A DNA stretch of 64,000 nucleotides from a virus: IMG/VR virus record IMGVR_UViG_3300022690_000671, positions 1 to 64,000 of that record, one strand, 5' to 3'. This document shows, in pieces, positions 1 to 9,775 of this stretch. The notes under the pieces were generated by a model that saw only the letters and a program-made list of their open reading frames with translations, was not told where the DNA came from and made no database searches. Numbering within the stretch: position 1 is the first letter of the stretch; the number at the start of each line of letters is the position of its first letter. The translations under genes were made by a program, and so were the position numbers.

Positions 1-76
1 AAATAAAGTGTTCATTATAGAGCGGTTTCTAAAATTTTTGAACACGGCCTCTTTTTGAAAATAGCTATTCTTTATA

Positions 77-430
77 TCAAAATAACCGAAAAAAATAATA
101 AAAAGACTCAATAGTATGTATATCTTCTTTTATGGTGTATTCTTGTGTCTTAATCGTTTGATTCATTGAAAGTGCGGCATCAAACATATTTTCGAGATGA
201 TATAGTCGTTCCCGATTGAAAATAGGTACAACTAGCAACTCCAAAAAAGACTTTAATGTTCGGAAGTTGTGTTTGAATTGTGATATGTCGTAATCTGTTT
301 GACTAACTGTCTCTAAAATTTCTTTGTTTGTCTCTGTATAACCATCATGGTGATCTAAGTCGAAATCACCGTGCATTTGCATATCGATGCCGTATACGTG
401 GTCTTTGTAATCACTCTTTTCGTCGTTCAT
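77..430 (-). CDS. hypothetical protein
   Basis: 117-aa ORF, divergent from the terminase operon; no recognisable motif. Confidence 0.6.
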   Translation of the reverse strand: MNDEKSDYKDHVYGIDMQMHGDFDLDHHDGYTETNKEILETVSQTDYDISQFKHNFRTLKSFLELLVVPIFNRERLYHLENMFDAALSMNQTIKTQEYTIKEDIHTIESFYYFFRLF

Positions 431-449
431 TGGTCTTTCTCTCTATTGA

Positions 450-478
450 TTGAAAATGTGGCTCTGAACCGTTATATT
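450..478 (+). promoter_or_regulatory. sigma70-like promoter for terminase operon
   Basis: TTGAAA (450-455) - 17 nt - TATATT (473-478). Confidence 0.6.
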
Positions 479-528
479 GATTATACCTATCCTTATGGAA
501 AGAGTTCCATTCTTATTATGAACAAATA

Positions 529-1002
529 ATGAATACAATGACAAATTCAATATGGTCATACGAACAACAATGGTTCATGGCCTGGCTATGTACTCCGGAG
601 AAAGGACGTAAGCCTAAAACTCAAACGGCTTTAGCAAAGGAAATGGGTGTAAATCGTAAAACGCTCAGTACATGGAAACAAAATCCTGAGTTCATCAAGG
701 CCGTAAATAAAAAGATGTTTACGGCAACGAAAGAATTTTGGGGTAGAATTCCAGAATATCTTGAGGCAATAATCTCCCATGCAATCGACGGAAAAGCTCA
801 CTACGCTATGGTTGTAAAAGACTTTATCATAGGGTCAAATCAGTTCTCTCATCTATTCAAACCAGAAGAACAAACTGGTAATACAGATACGAATAAGATG
901 ACTGATCAAGAAATAGATAATGAACTGATGAAACTACTTCGTCGAAAGAAAACTTCTAATGGAAAATTAATAACCATAACAGAAGAAGCCAGGTTAAATT
1001 AA
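529..1002 (+). CDS. terS: terminase small subunit (N-terminal HTH)
   Basis: HTH TQTALAKEMGVNRKTLSTWKQNPEF; directly upstream of TerL. Confidence 0.75.
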   Translation: MNTMTNSIWSYEQQWFMAWLCTPEKGRKPKTQTALAKEMGVNRKTLSTWKQNPEFIKAVNKKMFTATKEFWGRIPEYLEAIISHAIDGKAHYAMVVKDFIIGSNQFSHLFKPEEQTGNTDTNKMTDQEIDNELMKLLRRKKTSNGKLITITEEARLN

Positions 1003-1013
1003 ATACGACAATT

Positions 1014-2954
1014 ATGACGTACGATGGAGATGACGTATTTTTTATCGAGAAATATAATATGACAAGGAGTGAGTTTCTCGATAATATGAGAGAACTCAAT
1101 TCGGAGGATTTGAACAGAGCTATGAAGCTTCTTCGTCAACGCGATGAAAGAAGATTCTATCAACTTAATCCTTTGAATTGGATAGAGGATATACTGGGTA
1201 TCAAGATTGAATCCTTAATATGGTCTATGAATAAAGGCTATGTAAAGTCTGGTAGACTTACGCTTGAAGGAAAGATTGTAGAGGAAAAATGGGACGGAAC
1301 GCCCAATCCTATACAAGCTATAGCTAACAGTCTTGTAGAATGGCAAGATACAGCCGTCGAGAGCGGAACAGGAACAGGGAAAACTTTTTTAGCAGCAGCA
1401 TTAGTTTTATGGTTCTTAGCCGTTTACCCTATGTCCAAGGTATATATGGTTTCCACTAAAAAAGATGCGCTTCGGCAAAACTTATGGCCCGAACTTGAAA
1501 AACATTGGGCAAAGTTTGCAAAAAAATATCCTGATGCTCAGAAAATGGACCTGAAAGTGCGTATGCATCCCGACGAGGACCAAAAAGAAGTCTGGGTGTT
1601 AGATCATCTAATTGCCTCGGTTGGTGCAGATGAACTATCTGCGGGAAAAGCCAAAGGAAAACACGCAGAACATATGCTTTTTGTAATGGACGAAGCCAAT
1701 CATATTGAACTTCCCATTCATGAGGCTATAGAAAATACTTGTACTGCGCCGCATAATCTGAGACTACTTCTTGGTAATCCTGAATCAACTGCTGATTCTC
1801 TTCATCAAACAGCAATTCGTGAAGATGTTCTTCATATAAGGATTTCTTCATATGATCATCCCAATATAGTCGGTAATTCTCCTGAAACTCCACTAATGGA
1901 TCAAATCCAGGTTATTCCTGGGGCCGTGAGTTGGAAATCTATTTCAAAGCGTAGAAATAAATACGGACCCGATGCAGAGACCTATAATTCACATCCTCTG
2001 TATCAAGCTATGGTTCGGGGAATATGCCCGATTACTGCCGTACATTCACTTTTCTCTGTTCGTACTTTACAAATTGTTGGAGAATATTTGCAACAAATTG
2101 AACAACAAAATCCTACTACTGGAAGATGGATTCCTGATCTATCGATAGTCCACAGAGAAGGTCAGTGGGGTTCTGTCGAAGGCTTTACTCGTATTTACGA
2201 AAAGCCTCGTTATGATTACCTTCATAGGTATTTAATATTCGCTGATGTTGGTGGAGATCAAGGTACAGGAGACCACCACGCTGCGGTGGTTTTAGATAGA
2301 ATTAAGAAAAAAATAGTGGCTCTTATTCGTATGAGAGGCAATAGAAATTACTACATAGATGAACTTCTTCGTGTATCAGAATTTTATCGAGGATATGATC
2401 ATACAGGAAATAATATGCGGGGAAGATGGTATTGGCCAATGCTTTGTTGGGAAAAAAATGCAGTAGGTTCGTTAGAACTTTCAGAAAGGTTTATGAATTA
2501 TCCAAACCTCTATATTCAGCGAACTACTGATAAGCCAAAAGAAGGTAAAAAACAGAATGTATATGGATGGTATACGTCATCTAAAAATAGATCTTCTATG
2601 TTGAATCATTTAGTCGAATGGGGTACGTCTTTAAGGGAACGTCCGTGGAGAGTTCCAGACCAAATCATATTCGAAGAAATGAAAGTTATGGAATGGAAGC
2701 TTTCTAGGCATAGATATGAGGCACGTTCAGGTAGTTATGACGATATCATGATGGCAATGGCAGGGGCACTTACTATTGATTTCATTCTTCCTGATCCTAT
2801 CAAGATGGTTTCCAATCCAAATATTTCACCAACCCAAAAACTTTATAATAAGAAAGTGCATAGATTGACAAAAAAGTTAAGACAAACAAACCGTAAGAGA
2901 GGTTGGGGGCATACAAGTTGGGACGATGCTCGAATACCAAAATCTTTGAGATGA
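1014..2954 (+). CDS. terL: terminase large subunit
   Basis: Walker A SGTGTGKT, Walker B LFVMDEA, coupling motif LLGNP, RNase H-like nuclease motifs IFADVG and YDDIMMA. Confidence 0.95.
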   Translation: MTYDGDDVFFIEKYNMTRSEFLDNMRELNSEDLNRAMKLLRQRDERRFYQLNPLNWIEDILGIKIESLIWSMNKGYVKSGRLTLEGKIVEEKWDGTPNPIQAIANSLVEWQDTAVESGTGTGKTFLAAALVLWFLAVYPMSKVYMVSTKKDALRQNLWPELEKHWAKFAKKYPDAQKMDLKVRMHPDEDQKEVWVLDHLIASVGADELSAGKAKGKHAEHMLFVMDEANHIELPIHEAIENTCTAPHNLRLLLGNPESTADSLHQTAIREDVLHIRISSYDHPNIVGNSPETPLMDQIQVIPGAVSWKSISKRRNKYGPDAETYNSHPLYQAMVRGICPITAVHSLFSVRTLQIVGEYLQQIEQQNPTTGRWIPDLSIVHREGQWGSVEGFTRIYEKPRYDYLHRYLIFADVGGDQGTGDHHAAVVLDRIKKKIVALIRMRGNRNYYIDELLRVSEFYRGYDHTGNNMRGRWYWPMLCWEKNAVGSLELSERFMNYPNLYIQRTTDKPKEGKKQNVYGWYTSSKNRSSMLNHLVEWGTSLRERPWRVPDQIIFEEMKVMEWKLSRHRYEARSGSYDDIMMAMAGALTIDFILPDPIKMVSNPNISPTQKLYNKKVHRLTKKLRQTNRKRGWGHTSWDDARIPKSLR

Positions 2955-2963
2955 ATCCAATAT

Positions 2964-3290
2964 AGGATTAATCCTGTAAAAAAAGATTTAAAAAAATTAG
3001 TCTGGGTCAAATGTAATTTGACCAATTTTCCGCAGGAAAATCATCTTTTTATGAAAACCTCGTTTTTAGGCGTTTTAGGGGGTTTCTAACACCTATAAAC
3101 ATATTTGAGTCCGGATTTCGGACGTTGATCCTTGAAACTAGGCCAAAAACGCACTTTTTTTGTCATGTACCTAGATTATATTATGAAATAATATAATCAT
3201 ATATTGAAGAGAAACGAAACAAAAGAAACAAAAGAAAGAAAGAAACTATATAAAGAAAGAAAGAAAAAAAGAAAATAAAGGAAATAGAAG
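2964..3290. other. non-coding hairpin cluster plus strand-biased A-rich tract (candidate origin or packaging site)
   Basis: Palindrome 2964-2975; inverted repeats 3005-3023, 3025-3041, 3109-3123, 3174-3198; AAAG-rich tract about 3207-3290. Confidence 0.55.
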
Positions 3291-3319
3291 CCTTATAAAA
3301 GGTATGATCGCACTAAAAG

Positions 3320-3348
3320 TTGACATAATCCAAATAAAGCTTTACATT
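3320..3348 (+). promoter_or_regulatory. sigma70-like promoter for portal
   Basis: TTGACA (3320-3325) - 17 nt - TACATT (3343-3348); implies the portal starts at ATG 3378, not TTG 3348. Confidence 0.7.
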
Positions 3349-3377
3349 TGATAGTCAACACCAACAACTCTCAAGAT

Positions 3378-5492
3378 ATGTCTTTTATTCACGACAGATT
3401 TAGTGAACTGCAAGGAGATAAAGATGCGATAGTAAAAGCGACATTGAGTCGTTTTGAAGACGATGTCGATTGGCGAACTAATTCGTTCTTCTCGCGAAAT
3501 AGTAATTTTGTCAGAGGAAGTACTGCGTTTGATGAAGCAGTAAATTTGTTTGAAGCAACATCAGAAAATCCAGGAAGTGATTTACCCAGAATTAATTTGA
3601 TTCGTAGGGCAGTAGAAGATTTCTTGGCTGTTACGTTGGAGAATATTCCAACCGCAAGGTTATTTCCAGATAGAGTTGTTCCTCAGTATTTGCCGCAGTG
3701 GCAAAAAGATATGAGACTTGATATTGTGGAAGAGGCCGCACATGTCATGAATGCCTATGTTAAGACGATCATGAATGTCGAGCAGTATCAAGATAAAATA
3801 CAACGAGCAGTTTGGATGTCGGGGATTTTTGGAGTTGGTTATGTTCAAGTTGGACTAGATACTTCGGCAGATATTCGGGAATCGTTTGAGTTGCGTAATT
3901 TAATGGCCCAGGATGAACTCAGTCCTGACGAGGCTCGAAGAATAGATATCCTCACAAAACGAATTCAATTACAGGTGCCTGATCCGAGAGATGTTTATTG
4001 GGAGTCTGGAAAACGAAGGGTAGATGCCGATATGTTGAGGGTATCGATTATTTCTCGTGAGTCAACGCGTGTGCTACAAAAAGAACTTGCGGATAAGGTT
4101 GATAATCCTGAAAATATAAGACCGGGTAAATTTCCACATTCTGTTGGGGAAACACGTATAGGTGGTCTTTCATCGGGCGTCTCGATATCTAACAATGAAC
4201 AAACAGCGATTATGGATATGTGGGAATTGGAACCTGTTGAGAAGGTTAGAACTATACCTGATCCTGAGACGGGAGTTGACCTGGAAATGCCTTTTACTGA
4301 TTGGTTTTTGCATCATATTCAAATAGCTGGAGGAGAGTTCGTTTTCCATAAAATGTTTACTGGTATTTTGTCTGATGACGACAAAAATATGGAAGAAGGT
4401 ACACTTCAGCTTCCAGTCGTTCCTGTTTATTTACGTCAGAGTGTAGATCATCCATATGGTTTTTCGATTCCATTGATGCTTAAAAAATCAGAGGAATTTA
4501 TCAATGTGATGAGAACAATTATGTACAAAGGAGCACGAAAAGCTGTTGTGACGCAAGGTGTCGTCGTCGCAATGCCTAATCTAGGTCGTGACGATCTAGA
4601 TGAGTTAGAGACCGTATTGGAAGAAGGTGGTATTGCTCGAATCTTTGGTAATAGTCAGTCGCCGCTTGATATTAAAGACACTGTTATGCCTTTGTCTTTC
4701 GCAAATGCACCTATCAATACAGCTTTAATTCAAGCTATTGATAGTGAAATGGGCGCGTTTCGTCTCCAAGCTCAAGCTGTTGATCCGAGTGAATTAAGAA
4801 GTGCTCGTTCTGGATCAGCTAAACGAGCACAAATAGCAGCAGCAGATCGTCCAAAGAGCATATCAATTCAGATGCTCAGTGAAGGGATAGAAACTATTAT
4901 GGAACTTATATATAAAAATGTAAGAGTTTTCCATAATACAGAAGTTGGTGTGATGATAGATAGTCCTGCTGGAGAAGGAAGAGATTACGTTACTTTGAAC
5001 GAAAGATTTGAACGAACAATTATAGATCAAGATGAATCTGCTGTGACACCTCAGAATCCTCTAGGTTTTGTCATTACTACTTTTGAAGCTACACTCAATG
5101 CTACAAACTTAAATATGTTTGCTAAATCGTCTGGTCGTAGTGATCTACCACTGGATATGATTAGTAGATTTCAATTGCTTATTGGTCTTCAACAAGCAGG
5201 AATTCTTGATCCTATTACAGTACAAGAATTGACTCTCGATGACAATATTCGCGAACGAGATGAACAAAACCGTCGTCGAAGACAGGAAGTAATGTTACAA
5301 CAGCAACAAGCATTAGCACCTAGTATGATGCCATTACTTAATGCAAGGGATAATACCGCCGTTCAGCGTATGATAGGTGGAGGTTCGCCTCTACCTGGTC
5401 CGACCGAAATGCAACCTAATAGACAAGATATTGCATCGGACTTATTGAACCAGGGACCGATTTCGTCCCCTTCGGCTGCAATGTTTGCTTAA
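3378..5492 (+). CDS. portal protein
   Basis: About 700 aa between TerL and scaffold; P22-like portal hallmarks (INLIRRAVE, GIFGVGYVQVG, PDPRDVYW, LPVVPVY...PYG), Q-rich C-terminus. Confidence 0.85.
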   Translation: MSFIHDRFSELQGDKDAIVKATLSRFEDDVDWRTNSFFSRNSNFVRGSTAFDEAVNLFEATSENPGSDLPRINLIRRAVEDFLAVTLENIPTARLFPDRVVPQYLPQWQKDMRLDIVEEAAHVMNAYVKTIMNVEQYQDKIQRAVWMSGIFGVGYVQVGLDTSADIRESFELRNLMAQDELSPDEARRIDILTKRIQLQVPDPRDVYWESGKRRVDADMLRVSIISRESTRVLQKELADKVDNPENIRPGKFPHSVGETRIGGLSSGVSISNNEQTAIMDMWELEPVEKVRTIPDPETGVDLEMPFTDWFLHHIQIAGGEFVFHKMFTGILSDDDKNMEEGTLQLPVVPVYLRQSVDHPYGFSIPLMLKKSEEFINVMRTIMYKGARKAVVTQGVVVAMPNLGRDDLDELETVLEEGGIARIFGNSQSPLDIKDTVMPLSFANAPINTALIQAIDSEMGAFRLQAQAVDPSELRSARSGSAKRAQIAAADRPKSISIQMLSEGIETIMELIYKNVRVFHNTEVGVMIDSPAGEGRDYVTLNERFERTIIDQDESAVTPQNPLGFVITTFEATLNATNLNMFAKSSGRSDLPLDMISRFQLLIGLQQAGILDPITVQELTLDDNIRERDEQNRRRRQEVMLQQQQALAPSMMPLLNARDNTAVQRMIGGGSPLPGPTEMQPNRQDIASDLLNQGPISSPSAAMFA

Positions 5493-5498
5493 TTTCAT

Positions 5499-5513
5499 TA
5501 ACTCACAAGGTTA
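5499..5513 (+). repeat. 15-bp direct repeat, copy 1 (TAACTCACAAGGTTA)
   Basis: Identical to 5827-5841. Confidence 0.9.
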
Positions 5514-5518
5514 GTCAA

Positions 5519-5829
5519 ATGTTATATGCTTTACTTATTTTTGTGGCTATAGTCACAACATCAATTTCTATTTACCTATTCATTAGAACACGAAAAATTC
5601 TAGAAAAAAAAAACCACAATCTATTTTTCCAGATATACCAAATGTTGGAAAAATTATACGTGAGGCATATCCTCGAATAAATGATAATTATCCTTTAGAA
5701 GATATGTTAATACTTTTTGAAAAGGAAGCAGAAAGAACAGAGGAAGAAACAGATTTTCTACGCAGAGTTACACAACAGCAACCTAGTTTTTATGATAAGA
5801 ATATTATCGAAGAACCTATTATTTTATAA
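5519..5829 (+). CDS. small membrane-anchored protein, 53 aa or 103 aa via -1 frameshift at an A10 tract
   Basis: ATG 5519, N-terminal TM helix; 0-frame stop 5678-5680; A_AAA_AAC at the end of an A10 run (5604-5613); -1 frame open to TAA 5827-5829. Not in the ORF track. Confidence 0.65.
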
Positions 5830-5841
5830 CTCACAAGGTTA
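5827..5841 (+). repeat. 15-bp direct repeat, copy 2
   Basis: Identical to 5499-5513; overlaps the -1 frame stop codon. Confidence 0.9.
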
Positions 5842-5879
5842 AATTTTCTTAGTAGGGAGAACCACCTACGCAAGGTCAT

Positions 5880-5908
5880 TTGACACAATCAATAACCTAC
5901 CGTATATT
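5880..5908 (+). promoter_or_regulatory. sigma70-like promoter for scaffold/capsid operon
   Basis: TTGACA - 17 nt - TATATT, ending 6 nt before ATG 5915. Confidence 0.75.
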
Positions 5909-5914
5909 AATACT

Positions 5915-7147
5915 ATGTCATTAGACAAAAATAATCCACTTCGAAATGCTCGTGAAGCCGGTATGTACTCGCAAAACGATTTGACTGAGCAAATGATGGA
6001 TAGCGTTTCAAACGCAGATGGTGAGAGCAAAACAACTGCTCAAACTCAAGACGGAGGTCATATGATCGCCGCAGCACTCGGACTCACCCCTAACCCACCA
6101 GGTGTAAAGGATGACGATGATGAACAACAAGACTCTGATAATAATGCCGAAACACACGACGAAGAAGAAACCGAGACTACCGAAGAAGTAGAGGAAGATG
6201 GTGAAAAAGATGACGACTCTTCTGAAGAAGATGCTGATACTGACAGTAGTGATACTGATAGTGAAGCAGATGACGATGAAGAAGACGACACCTCTTTTGA
6301 ATCTGATTACCTCTATAAAAACGATAAAGGACGCGAGATTTTTCTTGAAGCGACCGATATCGAAACCGGAGAGTCATCTATTTATCTGACTCGTGATGAA
6401 GCAAAGAAGGGTCTAGAACGCCAACTTAATCTTATAGGAACTCTCAAGGAAGAGAACGAAGCACTTGAGACAGATCATGAAAATAAGTTGGGCCGTGCGA
6501 ATGAAGAACTAGCGTTTTACCGCACTGCCATTAACAAAGAGTCGCTACGAGCGATGCTAATTTTATCTCGTATGCCCGAAGATCAGCGAGGCGTTGATCC
6601 CGTCAAGTTGAATGATACAGAAAAACTTCGAACATACGAACAAGCCAGGGCAAGAGCCGAGGCTAAACTTGACGTTGAAGTCGAGCAAGGAAAAAAAGAT
6701 GCAAACGCTCTTATTGAGACTCGGAAAACACGAACCGTTGCTTCACAAACATTCGTAACGAAACTTCTGAAAGATGAGAAGTTCGTTGGTATTCGTAATG
6801 CCGAAAACAAAGTCGCTCTATCGAAACGTCTAAAAACTAAGGTTTCTACTCCTGGTGGAGAAGAGTTTACCTTACGAAAGATGGTAGAGCTTGTTACCGA
6901 TGAGTTTGGTGAAGACTTTGGTAAGATTTTCCTTAATGGTGTTGTGATTGAATTTAGATCTGATACGCAAAAAGAGGTCTCAAAGACAGTCAAGAAAGCC
7001 GCCAAAAATATCAAAACAAAGCGGCGAGTTACAAAGGCTAATCCTAATAAGAAACCTTCTGGTGAACGCAATGCCAATGATATGATTTTGGGTGCGCTCG
7101 AAGATGAGAAAAGGGACAGGTCTCGACGGCATCGGCAACCGTATTAA
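5915..7147 (+). CDS. capsid scaffolding protein
   Basis: Acidic low-complexity N-terminus, coiled coil, basic C-terminus; between portal and capsid gene. Confidence 0.75.
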   Translation: MSLDKNNPLRNAREAGMYSQNDLTEQMMDSVSNADGESKTTAQTQDGGHMIAAALGLTPNPPGVKDDDDEQQDSDNNAETHDEEETETTEEVEEDGEKDDDSSEEDADTDSSDTDSEADDDEEDDTSFESDYLYKNDKGREIFLEATDIETGESSIYLTRDEAKKGLERQLNLIGTLKEENEALETDHENKLGRANEELAFYRTAINKESLRAMLILSRMPEDQRGVDPVKLNDTEKLRTYEQARARAEAKLDVEVEQGKKDANALIETRKTRTVASQTFVTKLLKDEKFVGIRNAENKVALSKRLKTKVSTPGGEEFTLRKMVELVTDEFGEDFGKIFLNGVVIEFRSDTQKEVSKTVKKAAKNIKTKRRVTKANPNKKPSGERNANDMILGALEDEKRDRSRRHRQPY

Positions 7148-7183
7148 TACGTTCATTACCCTTAATCCTAAAAATTATTTATC

Positions 7184-8401
7184 ATGGCCCTATTAAAAGT
7201 TGAGGCCGACAAGCTAACTAATGAGTCCTTAGTACGAGGAGTTGTCGAGGTTCTTATCACGAGAGGAAATAGAGACCTTTTTAGTTTGTTGCCTTTTAGA
7301 CGCTTCGAAGGTTCTGCTTATGCATTTAACCAAGAAGCAACTCTTCCCTCCGGCTCTTCAGCCCGAGACCCGTATGGAACGACCATCCCTGGTGGCGTCG
7401 GTACACGTCTTCGTCAAGCTATTGACGTGGGTATGTTGGCACGTGACGCCGATACTGCTCTTATTGACATAGTTGGTAAGAGTGATTTCAACAATCAGAG
7501 AAGTAATGATATTCAGATGGCCGCAAAGAAGTTGGCTCAAGACTTCTCTTTCCAGTTCGTCAACGGTCGAAGTGATCTTGGTGTAACCTATGCCGACTTC
7601 AACCTACGCGGACTAGAACACTGGTTGGCTACTTATCTCGCGTCTTTTCCAGATCAAGTAATTTTTGCCACAAATGATGGTCTTTCAAATGGTACGAAAC
7701 AATCATTGAGTCTGACCAAGATCGATGACCTTTTGAGTCGTTGGAAAGGTCAAGGATTTGATGCCATTAAGTCCGATAGAGCAACTGCGGTTGCTTTTAA
7801 GGGTCTTCTAAACCTGGCTGGTGGAAACACTGGTGCATTGTTTATGATTGACCAGTTTGGACAACCCGTTATGCAATACTCGGGTGTTCGTTGGTACATC
7901 TCAGATGACGTAGGCGCAGAAAAGGTATCTGGTGCAGCGGGAGAGATTACGTCGGGCGCTGCTACATTGGTAGTAGACGACGTTAAGGATCCCTTCTGGA
8001 TTGGTTTCTCTGATCTGGACGTTGGTCGTGGCATCGACGTAACTACAGCTTCGATTCCGGCTAATACTACGGTTCTTTCTGTGACTGACATTCGTACAGT
8101 AGTACTCAGCGCTAATGCTGGGGGAACTGCTACAGTAGGTGTCGTTACGGTTTCGGCAACTGAAGCCATTTACGCGGTACGCTTCGATGAAATGGACGGT
8201 ATGTCTGCCATTTATCATTCAGGCCGAGGTGTTCCTGTTGGTAGTATTGGCGAACACCACGGTCCCATCGCTGGATTTGATTCCGAGGACATCGGTCTAC
8301 TCGAAAGCGGAAGGATTGTCCGTATGGCGTTGCACTGGTTCGGAAACTTTGTTTTGCATAGTCCGTTCGCCACTGCTCGATTAAGCCATTTTACTGTGTA
8401 A
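7184..8401 (+). CDS. major capsid protein (HK97 fold, epsilon15 gp7-like) with inserted beta-rich domain
   Basis: MALLKVEADKL...RGVVE...LLPF..FEGSAY.FNQEATLP N-terminus typical of this capsid family; follows scaffold. Confidence 0.85.
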   Translation: MALLKVEADKLTNESLVRGVVEVLITRGNRDLFSLLPFRRFEGSAYAFNQEATLPSGSSARDPYGTTIPGGVGTRLRQAIDVGMLARDADTALIDIVGKSDFNNQRSNDIQMAAKKLAQDFSFQFVNGRSDLGVTYADFNLRGLEHWLATYLASFPDQVIFATNDGLSNGTKQSLSLTKIDDLLSRWKGQGFDAIKSDRATAVAFKGLLNLAGGNTGALFMIDQFGQPVMQYSGVRWYISDDVGAEKVSGAAGEITSGAATLVVDDVKDPFWIGFSDLDVGRGIDVTTASIPANTTVLSVTDIRTVVLSANAGGTATVGVVTVSATEAIYAVRFDEMDGMSAIYHSGRGVPVGSIGEHHGPIAGFDSEDIGLLESGRIVRMALHWFGNFVLHSPFATARLSHFTV

Positions 8402-8411
8402 GTTGAAAGAC

Positions 8412-8440
8412 TTGCATATCACATCATAAATAACTACTTT
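8412..8440 (+). promoter_or_regulatory. sigma70-like promoter after capsid gene
   Basis: TTGCAT - 17 nt - TACTTT. Confidence 0.5.
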
Positions 8441-8473
8441 ACTAGGGTCTCTGGAGCGTCCGGGGGCCCTAGT
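8441..8473 (+). promoter_or_regulatory. 15-bp RNA stem-loop after capsid gene
   Basis: ACTAGGGTCTCTGGA-GCG-TCCGGGGGCCCTAGT, fully paired with three G-U pairs; no U tract. Confidence 0.65.
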
Positions 8474-9370
8474 ATGGGTTTAAAGGGAGATTCTATGGAA
8501 TTGTATTACATCAAAGCACCCGATACCATGACATTACATGGTCAGGTTTCTCATTATAAGTGGACGAATAATGTAAGTCCACTTCTAAGTTTAATTGAAG
8601 CTCGTCGACTTAATGCTTTTATCGGAGGCGAAATTGTAATGATAGATTTTGGTAGGTTTACTTCGGAAGATCTTGAAAAGATGGTTCGTTATTACGGAAG
8701 CGTTAAATCTTTTTTAGATTCTTTAGGCCCTGATGAAAATATACCGGGATCAGAACAAGATATTAAGGAAGTTACAGAAATTATTACACCTTCTGATGCC
8801 GTAGATGTGCTGAAAAAAATAAAAGAAGATAATCCTCCTGTTGTTTTTAACGTTAATGATAAAGGAGAAATTGACGTTCAGAATGATAAAGACATAGTTA
8901 TCGTTCTTCCTAAAGGTGTTCTTCCTAATGATGTTGTTCTTTCTGAAGAAAGACAGGTAATTATAGAAAGAACTGAGGAAGAGACAAAAAAAGCGGAAGA
9001 AGATGTTCTACGTATGGTGACACAGCCTCGTCCTAGTTTTTATGCTCAAACTATTATTCAAGAGCCGAATCTTCCTGTACATGAACAAAATATTACACTC
9101 GTGATTACTACCCCGATCACGGTTGATAACAATAATAATATTTCCGATCTTAGAGATGTATCTCTGGATTCACTAATTGTTGATCAAATTGCAGCTACGC
9201 GAGGAATCGTTTTTCCATCATATAATACTATGAAAGCAGATCTATCTACTGCGGATAAAGAGATAGAAGGTTTTGATCAACGTAGTCTTCTCGGAGGTAG
9301 TACAAAGACGCAGAGTGTTCGTCGAACGTGGCTTTATCTCCAATTTATCAAAGAACCTGAACTCGTATAA
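8474..9370 (+). CDS. hypothetical protein (late operon)
   Basis: 298-aa ORF; start may be the second ATG after GGGAG. Confidence 0.7.
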   Translation: MGLKGDSMELYYIKAPDTMTLHGQVSHYKWTNNVSPLLSLIEARRLNAFIGGEIVMIDFGRFTSEDLEKMVRYYGSVKSFLDSLGPDENIPGSEQDIKEVTEIITPSDAVDVLKKIKEDNPPVVFNVNDKGEIDVQNDKDIVIVLPKGVLPNDVVLSEERQVIIERTEEETKKAEEDVLRMVTQPRPSFYAQTIIQEPNLPVHEQNITLVITTPITVDNNNNISDLRDVSLDSLIVDQIAATRGIVFPSYNTMKADLSTADKEIEGFDQRSLLGGSTKTQSVRRTWLYLQFIKEPELV

Positions 9371-9372
9371 TA

Positions 9373-9771
9373 ATGTCTACTCCATACAAACCTATTGCCA
9401 CAAGAGTTGCTTTAAATGAATCTCTTTTAGGTTCTCCAACTGCCTATCATAAAATAACGATTACTTCAGGACAGACTAAGAGCAATGAAGTTTTGCATCT
9501 AAAGGGACATTCTATTGTGGGTGTTATTTTCGATGATGATGTTGGTGCCTCGGTTACACTTACTGCTAATGTAGGGGTTATAAATGAACTCCCAACAGCA
9601 GATTCACTTGGCCCTCAACCTGAAGGTACATTTAGTGTAGCAATGGCCGATAATACTTCTCCATCTGTAGCACCTGCATCAGGTTTGCCAGGTTGGGAAT
9701 TTGTAGAGTTTGTGGTAAATGCCGATCCTGCTGCCAATATCACATTTTTTATTGTGACAAAAGCACTATAA
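9373..9771 (+). CDS. putative capsid decoration / beta-sandwich virion protein
   Basis: 132 aa, beta-strand rich, downstream of the capsid gene. Confidence 0.5.
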   Translation: MSTPYKPIATRVALNESLLGSPTAYHKITITSGQTKSNEVLHLKGHSIVGVIFDDDVGASVTLTANVGVINELPTADSLGPQPEGTFSVAMADNTSPSVAPASGLPGWEFVEFVVNADPAANITFFIVTKAL

Positions 9772-9775
9772 TAAA

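Noticed and set aside
5499-5841. Mini-CRISPR array
   Set aside because: Only two 15-bp repeats, 313 bp apart, enclosing a gene; no cas genes
6058-8218. Antisense ORFs over scaffold and capsid genes, and similar shadow ORFs throughout
   Set aside because: Mirror frames of well-supported genes (for example poly-Ser opposite the acidic tract); no independent evidence
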